Positions 1 through 12,229 of a stretch of DNA of 64,000 nucleotides are shown one piece after another; the stretch's first letter is position 1, and each line of letters starts with the position of its first letter. Source of the stretch: Camelus dromedarius (Eukaryota). The position numbers and the translations under genes were made by a program. The notes beneath the pieces are model-generated. The model was not told where the DNA came from and did no database searches. It saw only the letters and a list, made by a program, of their open reading frames with translations. The stretch covers positions 14,074,001-14,138,000 of the forward strand of contig NC_087447.1 of NCBI RefSeq assembly GCF_036321535.1, in the 5' to 3' direction.

Positions 1-395
1 ATTGATTGTTTCCTTTGCTGTGCAGAAGCTTTCCAGTCTTAGTCCCGTTTGTTTATGTTTGCTCTTGTTGTTTTTACTTTTGATGTCAAGACACAAAAAA
101 TTAATCCCAATGTCAAGGAGTTTACCCCCTATATTTCTTCTAGGAGTTTTACAGTTTGGGGTTTTAAATTTAAATTTTTAATCCATTTTGGGTTGACTTT
201 TATGTATGGTATATGGTAGGGGTACCGTTTCATTCTTTTGCATGTAGATATCAAGTTTTCCCAACACCATTTATTAAAGGCATAATCTTTCCCCTGATGT
301 TTATTATTGACTGCTTTGTTGAAAATTAATTGCATTTATAAATTAATTATACACATGAGTTTATTTCTGGGCTCTCTATTCTGTTCCATTCTTGA
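1..395 (-). mobile_element. LINE-1 ORF2 3' fragment in an AGBL2 intron
   Basis: Minus-strand ORF 129-335 reads NKWCWENLISTCKRMK...YIKVNPKWIKNLNLKPQTVKLLEE, typical of the L1 ORF2p C-terminal region. Confidence 0.9.
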
Positions 396-624
396 CTGTT
401 ACAGATTCTCTGGTTTTCCCAATTAGTACGTCTCTCCTACAGGGTGAAAAATGCAATAGCCCTCTGTCACCCTTACTGTCAGTGCCCCGGGAGCAGGGGA
501 CATTAAAATTGGCGGGGACACTGACATTACTTTGGATCAGACACCACTGAAGTCTGATGTCATATATTGATGAATTGTGATTTTATACCAAAAACATGAG
601 AGCAGGCTCCTTGACCATCTATCC

Positions 625-745
625 ATCTATCCATTCAACAAATTGTATTGTGTAACTGCTACATGCCAGGCCATCTACTGGATGCTGGGAATGCAACATG
701 GAACAAAACACTATCCCTGCCTCAGGGACCTTAGAGTCTGCTGGG
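625..745 (-). mobile_element. LINE-2 3' fragment
   Basis: atccattcaacaaattgtattg...tgccaggc resembles the antisense L2 3' end. Confidence 0.6.
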
Positions 746-1019
746 GATTTTAACAAGTAAGCAGGAAGTTACATACAGAGTAGGATGCAGTGGAAAACAG
801 AAGAAGCATCCAACCAACTTTTAGTACTTTGGAGTTTTGTGGCTATAAAATCCTTGCTTCTTTTATATATAAAAATAGGTTTGGGTCCAATAGTAGCTGA
901 TCCTTAGTGGATAGGATGCATTCCGCCCTCCTCTTGTGGAATGCTGCCCTGTAGTTAACTTTGAGGTCCCACAGCATTCCACCGAGGTGCCCACACAGCA
1001 CAGCTGTCTCTGTTCAGTA

Positions 1020-1250
1020 TTGAGGGCCATTTGGTGTGTAGTGTAATAGTGGCAAGAGCCAAGCTATGAAGTCTGTCTTGAGTTCCAATTCCAGCCCCAC
1101 TATGTAATTTTCCACGAGTTAGTTAACCACCCTGGGGCTCAGTTTCTGTATCTAAATTATTGGAGTAATATTTACATCATAAGGTTGTTGAGAATATTCA
1201 ATGTGAAAAATTCCTAGTATATGGTAGGCATTCAATAAACATTAGTTTCC
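1020..1250. mobile_element. MIR SINE remnant
   Basis: ttgagttccaattccagccccact...gggctcagtttctgtatctaaa, MIR core-like. Confidence 0.6.
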
Positions 1251-1407
1251 TTCTTTTCTTCAAATTACTATTTGTTTCCTGCCTCTTTGTGTGTTAGAGT
1301 ATCATAATGAATCCACATGCGTGAATAAAAAGCACTCAGTGTGTGGTCTATGTAATCACACTTGTCCAAGTGGAAAACTTAGTGAGAATGTGTTTTATTT
1401 ATTTCAG

Positions 1408-1497
1408 TCACAGGCAAATGGAAGAGACAGAGGCACCTCCCTGGACCCATCAGAAATGACCACCTTGATGTTGACTAAAAACAAGGAGAGAATGCAG
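1408..1497 (+). CDS. AGBL2: AGBL2 penultimate coding exon
   Basis: tttcag|TCACAG...ATGCAG|gtattt, 90 nt. An in-frame alternative acceptor would start the exon at 1414. Confidence 0.8.
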
Positions 1498-3172
1498 GTA
1501 TTTTGCCTAATATGTATACATGTATGCCAGAAATTAATTTTATTTGGTTTTCAGGTGTATTATGATTTGGAGGGGTGGTGAGCCACCGTCCACACAGGTA
1601 CACCTTCTTGGATATGTTCTGCTCAGATGTATGTACAAGGTAATTTGCACCCTCCGGCTACAAACCACCTGAGCGGCGTGGGGCACAGCCCATGAAGTAC
1701 TGCAGACCCAAGGAAGCCCACCCAGGGCCCAAAGCTTGCCCTGGAGAACTTAGTTTTATTTCCGCAAGCATTTGTTAGGCAGTTATTCTGTTACTCGATG
1801 GCAACATTTCAGGCGAAAAGTGACAGTGAGCACAGCAGTTCTCAGCCCTTGGAGAGGTCAGCCACGCCTGGGGTCCCGCCATCAGCTGTGAGCTGTGCCT
1901 CACATCCAGCGTTACAGTGATCATTTGGTACCGAGGTTTGTAAATGATTTGCTTTATTTTAGAAGAATAAGTTAGAATGAATTCATATTTATCCCTATAA
2001 TAACTTGTAGTTGCATATTCCTTCCTGAGATGGAGGGAAAAGAGGCAGAGAAGCAGCTGGTAAGTTGTGGTTTCACATAGCCCTGGGTGTGTCTGTGGGA
2101 AGGTGCTGCTCACGTGTGTCTGGGTGGAGCAAAGACTGAGGACCCCAGGTTAACATAGGTGGACTAGGTATAGTGGACACTTCTCTCAAGATGAAGTCCT
2201 GCTGTCTTCCCGAATCTGTTGCTTGGGAATTCTCGGGACAATGCTCTCATTTATCCATCAATATCTTATTGGAGAACCTACTACGTGTGGGACCTTTGAG
2301 GACTGTATGAACTGAGACCTCCCTGAAGGCCACGATCCTCTGGGAGAGGTAACAGGTAGACAGTCCAACCACCGAGATATAATGGAAACTGGGAGCAGTG
2401 ACAAGAGAGGTGTAGACAGAGTCAAATCTAAGAGGATTTCTGTCCTGACACGCTAATAAGGGATGACTAACCTCTTTCCTCATTCAACATTCATTGCAAG
2501 ACGTCTGTGGGTGGCTAAAACCATATCCCACAACTGAAACATGCTCATTAGGCTGTAACACGTAACTAGGGATTCAGTTAAACCAAACGTAATGGATGAA
2601 TGCCATCCAAACCTTTACTTTCACTTCATTTTCTTAAAATTTCTCGTTTAATATTTCTGTAACAGAGATGTAGGCATTTAACTTCTGTGGCATATCAGAC
2701 AAGCAGAATTTTAAAAAAATGGGGCAGTCTCCCACCTTATAAAGCAAAACAGCTTACAAAATGCAGACCCTGGCCTTTTCAGGGCATTTAAAATATTGCC
2801 CATGGACCTTTCTTTGGCAGTCTCAGGGATTAGGGCAAATGCTTGATTCACCTCTGCCCTGTAACAATGTCAGCTACTTTGGTATTTGGGGGGAAATGCA
2901 AATACTTCTCTCTGACTCTTAAAACCAGCCCCAACCGTAACTGTAACTTTAGGAATTGCAACATAAAGTGATTCAGCGTTTATATCTTGTTTGCACAGAG
3001 AGAGAAGCCAGGATTTGCAGTATCATGCTCTCTGAAGAGAAGCACAAACTCCAGCCAAGAGCCAGCTCCAGATATGAAGCCAAACTGGTCCAGAAACAGA
3101 TACCCTGCCACAAAGAGAGGCCACACGGCCACAGTGGCATACCCATCCTTGCACATATACACCTACCCGTAG
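1408..3172 (+). CDS. AGBL2: AGBL2 (cytosolic carboxypeptidase 2), 3' end: last two coding exons, join(1408..1497,2999..3172)
   Basis: Spliced translation SQANGRDRGTSLDPSEMTTLMLTKNKERMQ|REKPGFAVSCSLKRSTNSSQEPAPDMKPNWSRNRYPATKRGHTATVAYPSLHIYTYP* matches the recalled human AGBL2 C-terminus (ends YPSLHIYTYP). GT-AG boundaries, phase-0 junction, syntenic upstream of MTCH2. Confidence 0.9.
2999..3172 (+). CDS. AGBL2: AGBL2 terminal coding exon
   Basis: ttgcacag|AGAGAG...CCG TAG; stop at 3170-3172. Confidence 0.9.
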   Translation, partial: REKPGFAVSCSLKRSTNSSQEPAPDMKPNWSRNRYPATKRGHTATVAYPSLHIYTYP

Positions 3173-3367
3173 GGAGCCTGGGCCACGCCACACGGGCACT
3201 TCCTCGCTGTGTTTTGGGTTAGATATGTTTTGTAAGGAGAAAGGAAAGGGGTTGTGTGCTAGGGAACTGTGTTCATTTGTGGTGTACTATGTTGTGTGTT
3301 CATCATGCACTGTCCTCACACCATGCACTTACACTGCACATGGGCTCTCAAGATGTACACCTCATGA

Positions 3368-3373
3368 ATTAAA
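3368..3373 (+). terminator. Candidate AGBL2 poly(A) signal ATTAAA
   Basis: Variant hexamer about 200 nt after the stop codon. Confidence 0.4.
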
Positions 3374-4102
3374 ATTTCATTTTATGAAAAAATAGTTTAC
3401 TGCAATGTATAAAAAGGCTTCCCTTATCAGAAATTGAAGAGTGTGCTCATGAAACTATAACACAGATATACCTCAGTTTAACCAATAGGTAGTCTCTCAA
3501 AAATTATGTGCAAGTCAATTTTAAAAGATCAAACTGTGTTTTAAACATATTCTGGGAGTTTGCTGTCTTAAAAAGTCTTGTGTCAAAGCTTTCTAGCAAT
3601 CAATGATCACTCAGGCTGGGGTATTTCAGGTTTGCTGAGGATGAGGTGTTCGCACATAGAGAAAACCGCTCAAGTATTATTACCTGGATGGAATTCAATG
3701 TTGCATGTATTATGTTCAACATGGTTATGTAATTTTTTTAACCCATTGATTAAAATTCTTTCTCTCCTACAAATTGTCCCCTTTGGTTGGTTAACTGCAT
3801 AATCTTATGTGAATAGATATGTTAGATTTTACATCCCTCACAAGCACCAAGCACCAAGCACCATCTGCCAGCTACAGCCTGTCACGTCCACATGCTAGAG
3901 TCATGTTGAAGGATGGTCACTCCAGTTCATGCCAGGCCTCCTATTTTGATTTTACCTTCTTCCTTTCACATTGGATTGAGAGTTTCCTAGTATGTTTTTC
4001 GTTATCACTTTTAAACCCTTTCAGCCACCACCATTACCTGGCTGACTCGAGATTAGAACCAAATGGCAACACTTTTTAATCCCAGGGTCTGTATCTTTTT
4101 TT

Positions 4103-4200
4103 TTTTTAATAGACTTTATTTTGAGAACAGTTTTAGATTTACAGAGAAATTGAGGAGATGGTACAGAGAGCTCCCACACACTGCCCACCTTCCCCCCACC
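4103..4200 (-). mobile_element. Old L1 (L1MB-like) 3' end fragment
   Basis: Poly-T followed by atagactttattttgagaacagttttagatttacagagaaattg. Confidence 0.6.
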
Positions 4201-7200
4201 CCCCGCCATCCCTCACACACACTGTGGGAATCTTTTTAAAGGGAGTATCTGCCCACACTCTTTACAAAGGAGTTTGCAAATGACCTATTCCACACCTTAC
4301 CCCTAAAACTATTAGCATTTTAAGTATCTAGAAAGCACCCAGCCAAAAGCCCACTTTTTATTCCTAAAAGGCTATCTTTAAAGGACAAATCCCAAAACAA
4401 AACTGTGAGGGCAAACCTTGTTTGAAAGTTGTTCAGAAATACTTGTTTTTGCTCCAGATAATTTTGGAGGAAGTTTAGAAAAAGCACCCCAGTGTGATAT
4501 TTTTGGAATCAAAAATCAGACTACATGATCAGATTATTTTTTAAGTGCTTTTTGAGAGCAAAAAGCTTCTTGAGAGATGCGGTTTGGCTCCTAAGATATC
4601 AGAGGGGCAAAGAGGAGAGAATGCTACGCAGTCCAGGCACAGCCTCCACACCCAGTAACTGCTGAAAGGCCATGGCTGTGGAACCCAGTCAGCCCTGTAA
4701 AGGGGTAGCTGTTTGCTTTCTTTAGAAAAGGTGGGCAAGTTTTCCTGTGTGGATTAGGAAAGGGTGCCCCACAGGGAATTTACATGCTGCAGCATTGAAG
4801 CCAGTGTGCCCATCATTCTCATTCTGCTTCAGTAGGAGGCTGAGAGAGGGGCTTCTGGCAAGAAACTTTAAAATGGTAAACAAAGGTAATTAACTCTAAC
4901 TGTGTGAATGTGATAAATCTCAGGCTGCACGAGAAACAACCCAAAGCATCTTCAGAGGGAACCGTGAGAATGAAATCAGAGAAAAATAACATTTTAGTCG
5001 GATGAGAAGACAAGATCAACTGTACTTTGAACGGTTGTTGACAAAGGTTAAGAATATGGGGGAAATAATGTACTTTATACTGTCTTATTTTTTAGAGAAT
5101 TTCATGCTTTGTGAATATAGTTTGTTTTCTTTATAAATTAAATGCATAGTCACTAACGAAAGTAATTTTTTTAAGATTCAAAATAGATTTCAGGCGAACA
5201 CGTTTTCCTTAGAAGCCTCGCTTTTTGGACCATGAAGTTGTAATGGAGGTTCCCATTAGTGTACCCCTTTCTGGTTTTGACAGGTGATGGACGTCTAAAC
5301 AGGCAAGGTGATCACCGTGGTAAGCACTACTCTACTCTTCTGAAGTTTTTGGTGGAACATTAAATATAGAAACTCTGTATAGACATAGTTTCGTTGAAAA
5401 TAGAAATCCTAGGTGTTTTTTTCCATGTGGCATTTAAAAAGTACAAGAATTTTGTAGATTCACTGGTACCCAGCCACTCTGAAACTACCGTTGATCACTG
5501 GCTTAGTCATATTGTCATCAAATTTGATCCCAGCTATTGGCAAAAATGCCGCTCAAAAGGTTCTGCTTTGCAGAAATAGAACTGCTAACTTCTGGTTTTC
5601 CAGGCTGTTCTCAGGCTAGTTCTGATTTAATTACCTAGAATAGCAGAGCTGTTTCCAGAGCACAGAGACTTGGCACCTTCCGCACAGGGTGACTTTGAAG
5701 CTGCTAAGCCTACTCTGGCCTTTGGAAACTACCAAGACAAGCCGTATGGCATGGCTAGGTTTAGTTCAGCTACACTCCACCAGTGACATTTCAGTCCATC
5801 TCTTAGTGGAATATTCCTGGGAAGGATGAGCTCATCTCTCTGAATGCTTGCTGAGAACCACCACCTTTATCCCCTTTTCCTCACCCTGATGCTGCCTGAT
5901 AAATTTAAAAAGAAGCTTGGAATTTCTTTTGCCCTTTAGGTGGATTCCACCTTGACTCTGTGCAGCTGAGTCATGTGGTCTCTGCGAAACAAGCTTTCTT
6001 GTGAAACTGGTTTCAGAAAGGCATTATTTTAATTAATATGCTTACAGACAAAGCTATAGTGACAAAGTATACGCTACATGCCCAGAGTACTGCTTGCTTA
6101 ATAAGGATCAAAGGAAAGGAGGATCCCTAAGAATATAGAGAGAAATAACGCTACGTAAAAATTCTGACTCCCTGCTGACACTCCTACCCTAAGATACGGG
6201 CTTGTCCCACAAATTCATCCATCAGAAAGAATGCACTCAGCAGTGGCTGACTTAGGCACTGCAGAGAACGCAGGGATGTGTGAGACTCCATTCCTGCCCC
6301 GTGCTTAAAACCCAGCTGGAGAACAGACTAGTGAACCAAAACCAGCCTGTCAGTAAGACGTTCTGCTATAGCTTTAGAATATCGTAGTGGGTTAGAGAGC
6401 CATGGGCTGAAATTTAAAATACCCGCGTTTGGATCCCACCCAGGCTTGAGGGTGAAGCGTGCAGCTGCTTAACAGCTCTGGACCTTTGTTTCCTGACTTT
6501 AAAGTGAAGTGACTCTAAGGTCTCTTCATTTTCAGAAAATCACATTTGTTTGAACACTTCCCCAGCTGTTGATCACAGATTGCAAAAAGGTGCTTGAAAC
6601 AGCTTCCCTGTTTGGCCTGGGCCAGCTCTGTCTTCTCTCTGTCTTCTCTCAGTCTCTGGTCCTTGGGGAAACAAAGACACTTGGTTTCTGTAAATACAGC
6701 CCCTCACATCTTGCCCAGATCAAGTTTGGCACAAGCCATCTCTCCCCTTTGGCCCCGGAACTGGCTCGATCGTTGGATTCAGTGACCAGAAATCACTTTG
6801 ATAAACCCCTTCTCAGCAGAGCCCAAACTCCTGCCACTCCCCTTGGCTTCACTTCCTCCCCATTCAGCCCAGACTCCAGGGTGCATTACGTCAACCACTT
6901 TCTTGCCAGCACCCCAGACTCCTCACCCTCTGTCCTTCTGCCACATCTACCTGGTAGCTCCCCAACTTTGGCTTCTTCCTGCCACCCGTACCATCTGTCT
7001 TCTCCACTCCTACAGCCAGGCTGCCAAAATGGCTGCGGGAAAACGTCACCGAGTGAACCGGGGCCACCACTCCCGTATCTCCTCCAGCCTCAGAAATGTA
7101 TCCTCTGCTTCTGAAACTGACTTCTCTGACCCTTCCTCCTCTGTGGCTATTTCACACCTCCTCCCCTTCCTCACATCCCCTGCTCCCTCCCTGCTACCTT

Positions 7201-7369
7201 CGTGTTACTTCCTAGCAAACAGTCTTGCTACCACACAGTGGTTAAGAAGCTGGGCTCTGGTGGGGGTTGGGGTAGGGAGAAAACTGCAGGTGAATTATGA
7301 ACTCTCTTTAGTAGGTTTATTTTTGTACTAGTATTGGCAAAATGATTCTGAAACTACTTTAGGTGTATT

Positions 7370-7556
7370 ATATGATTGGGCAAGTAAATAAATGTGTTGA
7401 TATTGTTAAGCGCCAGGGTTCTCACTCTGGAAGAAGAAATGTACAAATATTTAGTGGAGGGAAACAAGAAAAAAAAACCCTGTGGAAATGGACTGGAATA
7501 GGAGATATTGGCATGAACCCATGATTTCTAAAATATGTAGGTAAGTATATTCATAG

Positions 7557-7599
<43 letters not shown>

Positions 7600-8360
7600 A
7601 AACACCACATATGTATCTATATTCAGCTCTGTCTAAGAGGGTCTAAAATCAAACACACCCCATTAACAGGAAGCATATTTTGCACTGAGACCTTGTTCTC
7701 TCATACTGTTCCCCACTAAAAGGAATCAGGGTTCATTAGAGAAATGGCTGCTTTCAGGGCTGGCGCATTGCAGATACGAGATGAGGAAGCTGGAACATTT
7801 TGTTATGCCAAAAAGTAAGAAAGTACTTAAAAAAAAATTAGGAGGCATGTCACAGGACAAAAGAGCCAGCTTGAAGGGGCTGCCCCCAGCTGAGTCTGGG
7901 ATATTAGTTGCCAAAATGATTAAGGACATGAATAAATTATAACCCATTGAAAAAATTAGGAATCAATGAGTTCATATTAATGAGAAAGGAAAAGAGAGAG
8001 GAGAGAAAGAAAGTAGAATGAATGCTGAGAGTCAGACGGTGAGTGTGGAGGGAGTACTGGAGTCGGGGTTGTCGTTTTGCAACCACCATTGTAAAATGAC
8101 ATCAGGCAAGAACCGTCATTGGAGGCTAAATTTAAGAGGAAATGTGAGGAGCAGGATATTTGCATGGTTTCAAAGTGTGTCCACTCAGATTGCTTGCTAG
8201 TTGTAAAGAAAAAATAGTAACTGTTTAAGGAAGAAATTGGACATCTTGACTGAGGGACCACTGAGAGACGGATGGACATAATGTGATTCTGACGTGACAC
8301 CTGAGGACACATGTGCAGTATTCTGGCCAGAAATGCATACCCTGAATCTAATGATGAAAT
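7370..8360 (+). mobile_element. Old L1 (L1MC-like) 3' UTR fragment
   Basis: Resembles recalled L1MC-type 3' UTR (gagaaatggctg...cagggctgg...gatgaggaagctggaacattttgttatgcc). Subfamily and boundaries are approximate. Confidence 0.55.
7558..7596 (+). repeat. (TG)n microsatellite, about 19 units
   Basis: Seen directly. Confidence 0.97.
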
Positions 8361-8404
8361 GTGAGACAAAGAAAAATAAGGGGCATTCTACCCAAAAAGA
8401 AAAT

Positions 8405-8620
8405 CGAGACTCTGGTATCAAAATGCCTGGGTTCCAATGCTGGCTCTACTGGTTTTATGACCTTAGGCAAGTTACTCTCTCAAAGACTCAATTTCCTCAT
8501 CTGTGAAATGGGAACACTAGCAGGACCCACCTTTCAGAGTTCCTGGGGGACAGGATGAGAGAACGCACATAATGTACTTAGTATGGTGCCTGACACGCTG
8601 AAGGCACTTGGTTAGTAGCC
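8405..8620. mobile_element. MIR SINE remnant
   Basis: cctgggttccaatgctggctctact...ttaggcaagttactctctcaaagactcaatttcctcatctgtgaaatggg. Confidence 0.7.
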
Positions 8621-9064
8621 ATCACTCTTGTCCACCCTGACTTCCCTTTCCTTTATTTTTAGAGAAAAACATGCCCAGCTTCAGGTTTAAGGCTAACCTT
8701 TTCACCTATGTTTCAATTCCATCTCTCCACCTTTTCTCAAACTTGCTGCATTGTTTTATTCCCTCTTCTGTATTTCTCTCTACCGGCAACATCCCCATAG
8801 CCCCAAAACACACCAAGCCTTTCCCATCTGGAAAGAAAAGACAAAACCTTCAGTCATGTCCCTGTGAAGTTTCCATTCCTTGCCATCTACACTTCCTGCC
8901 TTCTAAAAGTTCTCACCTTCCTTAATATTAACCCCCATTTATTGTAGACCCACAATGTGTCAAGAGCTTTCTTTACCTTATGCATGGAAGATAGATACCA
9001 CGCCTGTTCCACAGATGAGAAAAGGTGGTCTCCCAGAGGATTTGAACCTAGATCTGCCTCAGTC

Positions 9065-9356
9065 TAGAATTGTCCAGTTTGCAGCCACAAACCACAGGTG
9101 GCAATGGAGCAGTTGAAAGGGGGCTGGTCCAAACTGAAATGTGAATATGCATCAGATTTCAAAAACTTAGTACCAAAAAAAAAAAGACTAAAAATCTCAT
9201 TAATATTTTATATTGATTGCATGTTGAAATCATATTTTGGGTGAAGTGTATTATTAAAATTAATTTTCCCTGTTTCTTTTTACTTTTTTAATGTAGCTAC
9301 TAAAAATATTGAAATTATATATTGTGGCCAGACTTATAGCTCAACTGGACACCCTG
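9065..9356 (+). mobile_element. MER33-like hAT-Charlie non-autonomous DNA transposon
   Basis: Degenerate terminal inverted repeats (tgtcca...tggaca) and an internal AT-rich core (aaatctcattaatattttatattgattgcatgttgaaat) matching recalled MER33. Confidence 0.7.
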
Positions 9357-10454
9357 TTCTGGAACATTCATCGCACAATGCAATATGGCGGCTTATCTTT
9401 TGAGACAACATTCAGCTTAGCTCCCTGAATGTGTCCCGGGGCTTCTTCCTCTACATACCCTACTTGTAAGCCTTAGCACCTATAACCCATGATGACACTG
9501 GGTCAGGCCTCCTACACCCCAGCCCACGAGGTCCAGCTGTCTCCCTTCCATCTCCACTTGGTTTCCCTTGTATCTCAAAGGCAACACTTCCCAAATGGAA
9601 TTACTCTGTTACCTTTTTCTTAAACCAGAGCCTCCCACTGTCTTCTTGCTCTCAGTAAACAGTGCCACCATCATTACCATGCTTGTAACCCTGTACCTCC
9701 ACATGCAGTCAGGTACCACTGACTCTACCTCCTAAGTAAATCCATAAACTTCTCTCTACCCACTCAGTACAGGTTATCCTCATCCTCCTAAACTATTAAA
9801 TCTGGTCTCCCAGCTGACCCAGAGTGGCCAAGTCAAGCCCATTACAAGGCCAGTCCGATCACTCTGGTCCGCTTGCAGGTGCCCATCTCTGACATGGCCC
9901 TGCTGGCCCCCTCAGCCTCCAACATTCGCTATGAATCTGGAAAATTAACTACCCCTCTCAGCTCACTCCACACCCCCCACTTCATTACTTAGCAAACACC
10001 TGTCATCTTTCAAGACTCAGCTCAAATAGCAGCCCACTCTGCAAAGCTGGTCTTGATGCTGTTTCCCAGGCAGAAGCCACCAGCCCTTCCTTTGCCTCCT
10101 AGAAACTTTGACCTCAGTTACCTAAACACTTCAGCGCACCAATCTGTTTCCTCATCTGCCTTTCCTAACTAGAGTGATCTCAATCACAGTCCGCAGGAGG
10201 AAAAACAATTCAAACAAAACACGGTTATTGCTTCATAAAAACAAGGAATCCAGATGTAGGGCAGCTCCAGGACTGGTTAATTTATTCAGCAGTTCAATGG
10301 CATCATCAAAGATCCAGGCCTTACCATCTTCCAGCTCTGCCACCTTCAGTGCCAGCTTTGTCCTCAAGTTACCGTGTGTGGCTGCAGCAGATCGAGGCAA
10401 ACCACCAGGTCCAACAACACTCAGTGAAAGAACGTCTGTTCCTGTGTGTCTTTC

Positions 10455-10950
10455 TTCTTTCTTTAACTTTTTATTTTGGAATAATTTTTGGTTTACAGAA
10501 AAGTTGCAACAATAGAGTTCCCATATACCCCTCACTCTATTTCAGTTTCCCCTACTGTTATCATCTTACCTCACATGGTACATTTGCCAACACAACACTG
10601 GTACATTGCTATGAACTGAACTCCAGACTTCACTCAGATTTCACCAGTTTTCCCTTTAATGTCCTTTTTCTGTTCCAGGATCCAATCCAGAATATCACAT
10701 TGCCTTTCACTGTCCTGTTTCCTCTGGTCTGTGACCGTTTCCCAGTCTTTCCTTGTTTTTCATGATTTTGACAGTTTTGAGGAGCACCAATTAGGTATGT
10801 TGTAGACTTGTCTGAAGTCCTTATGATTTGACTAGCATTATGGGGTTGTGGAAAGAAGGCCACAGAGGTGAAACGCCCTCTCATCACATTATATCAGGGG
10901 CACTTGCTGTCCACGTGACATCACTGGTGCTGGCCAGGAAAGCCTCCTAG
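10455..10950 (-). mobile_element. Old L1 (L1MB/MC) 3' fragment
   Basis: ttttattttggaataattttt...ttacagaaaagttgcaa...ccaggatccaatccag pattern. Confidence 0.7.
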
Positions 10951-11743
10951 AAGCCCTGGAGAGGATTTCCCCTCATGCCTTTTATTATTGTAAAACAATA
11001 CAGATTTATTATAGAAAATCAGAGGGTCAGTTAGGCAAAAATAAGGAAATTAAAACCCGATATTGCTATCACCCAGAGAGGACCATAGTTAACACCTTAT
11101 ATTCTTTTTTTAACTGAAATACAGTTGATATACAAATTAACACCTTATTTTGTATCTTTCCAGATCTTCTTTCTTTTTCAAAAAATGTATTTTTGTTAAA
11201 TGAGATCATACTGTATACACTGCTTTATAACCTACTTTAATTAACAGTCCTCACCTCTCAGGTAAGTTTCTGTTTTTGAATTATGTAAATAGAGTAGCTA
11301 TTCCAAACATAATATTAAATTGTAAAAAGATGTAATCCAATCTCCCAGCATAAAAAATCTTAAACCTGCATATTGAAAGATCACACCTGGTCTCAGAAAA
11401 ATTAATAACAATAAAAATAAAACTGCACTAAGACATGCCTTACTAAGTTATTGAAATTCAACGTGAAATTAAGTCATCCAGGCAAATAGACTTAAAATAT
11501 TAATATGCATATATTAAAGGAATATATTTTCCCTGATCCTTTTTTGAAAAAATCTACTAGAAAATGAGCTCTGATCAACCAAGAGACGAATGGAGACAAC
11601 TATACCAAAAGGATTCATGGAAAATATTAAAGGCATTTATTTTATGCTAGTCTTGGGACTTTTTTAAATGTGAAAGCTTTTTATTATAGAACGGAATAAA
11701 AATTTTATAAACTTAGCAATGGGTTAACTATATTTAATATACT

Positions 11744-12200
11744 TTTTTAATTGTAGTATAGTTGATTTACAATGTTGTATTAGTTTCGAGTATACAGTAT
11801 AGTGATTCAGTTATACATAACAAATATTATTTTTCACTATAGGTTATTATAAGCAATTGAATATAGTTCCCTCTGCTGACCAGTATGACCTTGCTGTTTA
11901 TCTATTTTTTTGTTTGTTTTGCTTTTTTTTTGGGGGGGGGAGAGTAATTAGATGTATTTGTTTATTTATTTAATGTAGGCACTGGAGTTTGAACCCAGCA
12001 CCTCCTCCATGCTAAGCATGCACTCTACCACTGAGCTATACCCTCCCCTGCTATTTATCTATATTATATATAGTAGTTTGTATCTGCTAATCCCAAACTC
12101 CTAATTTATCCCTCCCCCCAAACTTTCCCCTTTAGTAACTGTAAGTTTGTTTTCTATGTCTGTGAATCTGTTTCTGTTTTGTAAACAAGTTCACTTGTGA
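11744..12200 (-). mobile_element. Younger L1 3' terminus, interrupted by a SINE
   Basis: ttttttaattgtagtatagttgatttacaatgttgtattagtttc...gtttgtatctgctaatcccaaactcc. Confidence 0.8.
11906..12048 (-). mobile_element. tRNA-Ala-derived camelid SINE (Vic-1 type)
   Basis: Antisense head with A/B boxes; 14-nt TSD tgctgtttatctat (11892-11905) / tgctatttatctat (12049-12062). Confidence 0.9.
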
Positions 12201-12229
12201 TACTTAATATATTTATAAAACTAGTTGAA

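Noticed and set aside
6569-7114. 181-aa intergenic ORF
   Set aside because: TTG start, S/P/L-rich pyrimidine-biased sequence, no recognisable homology.
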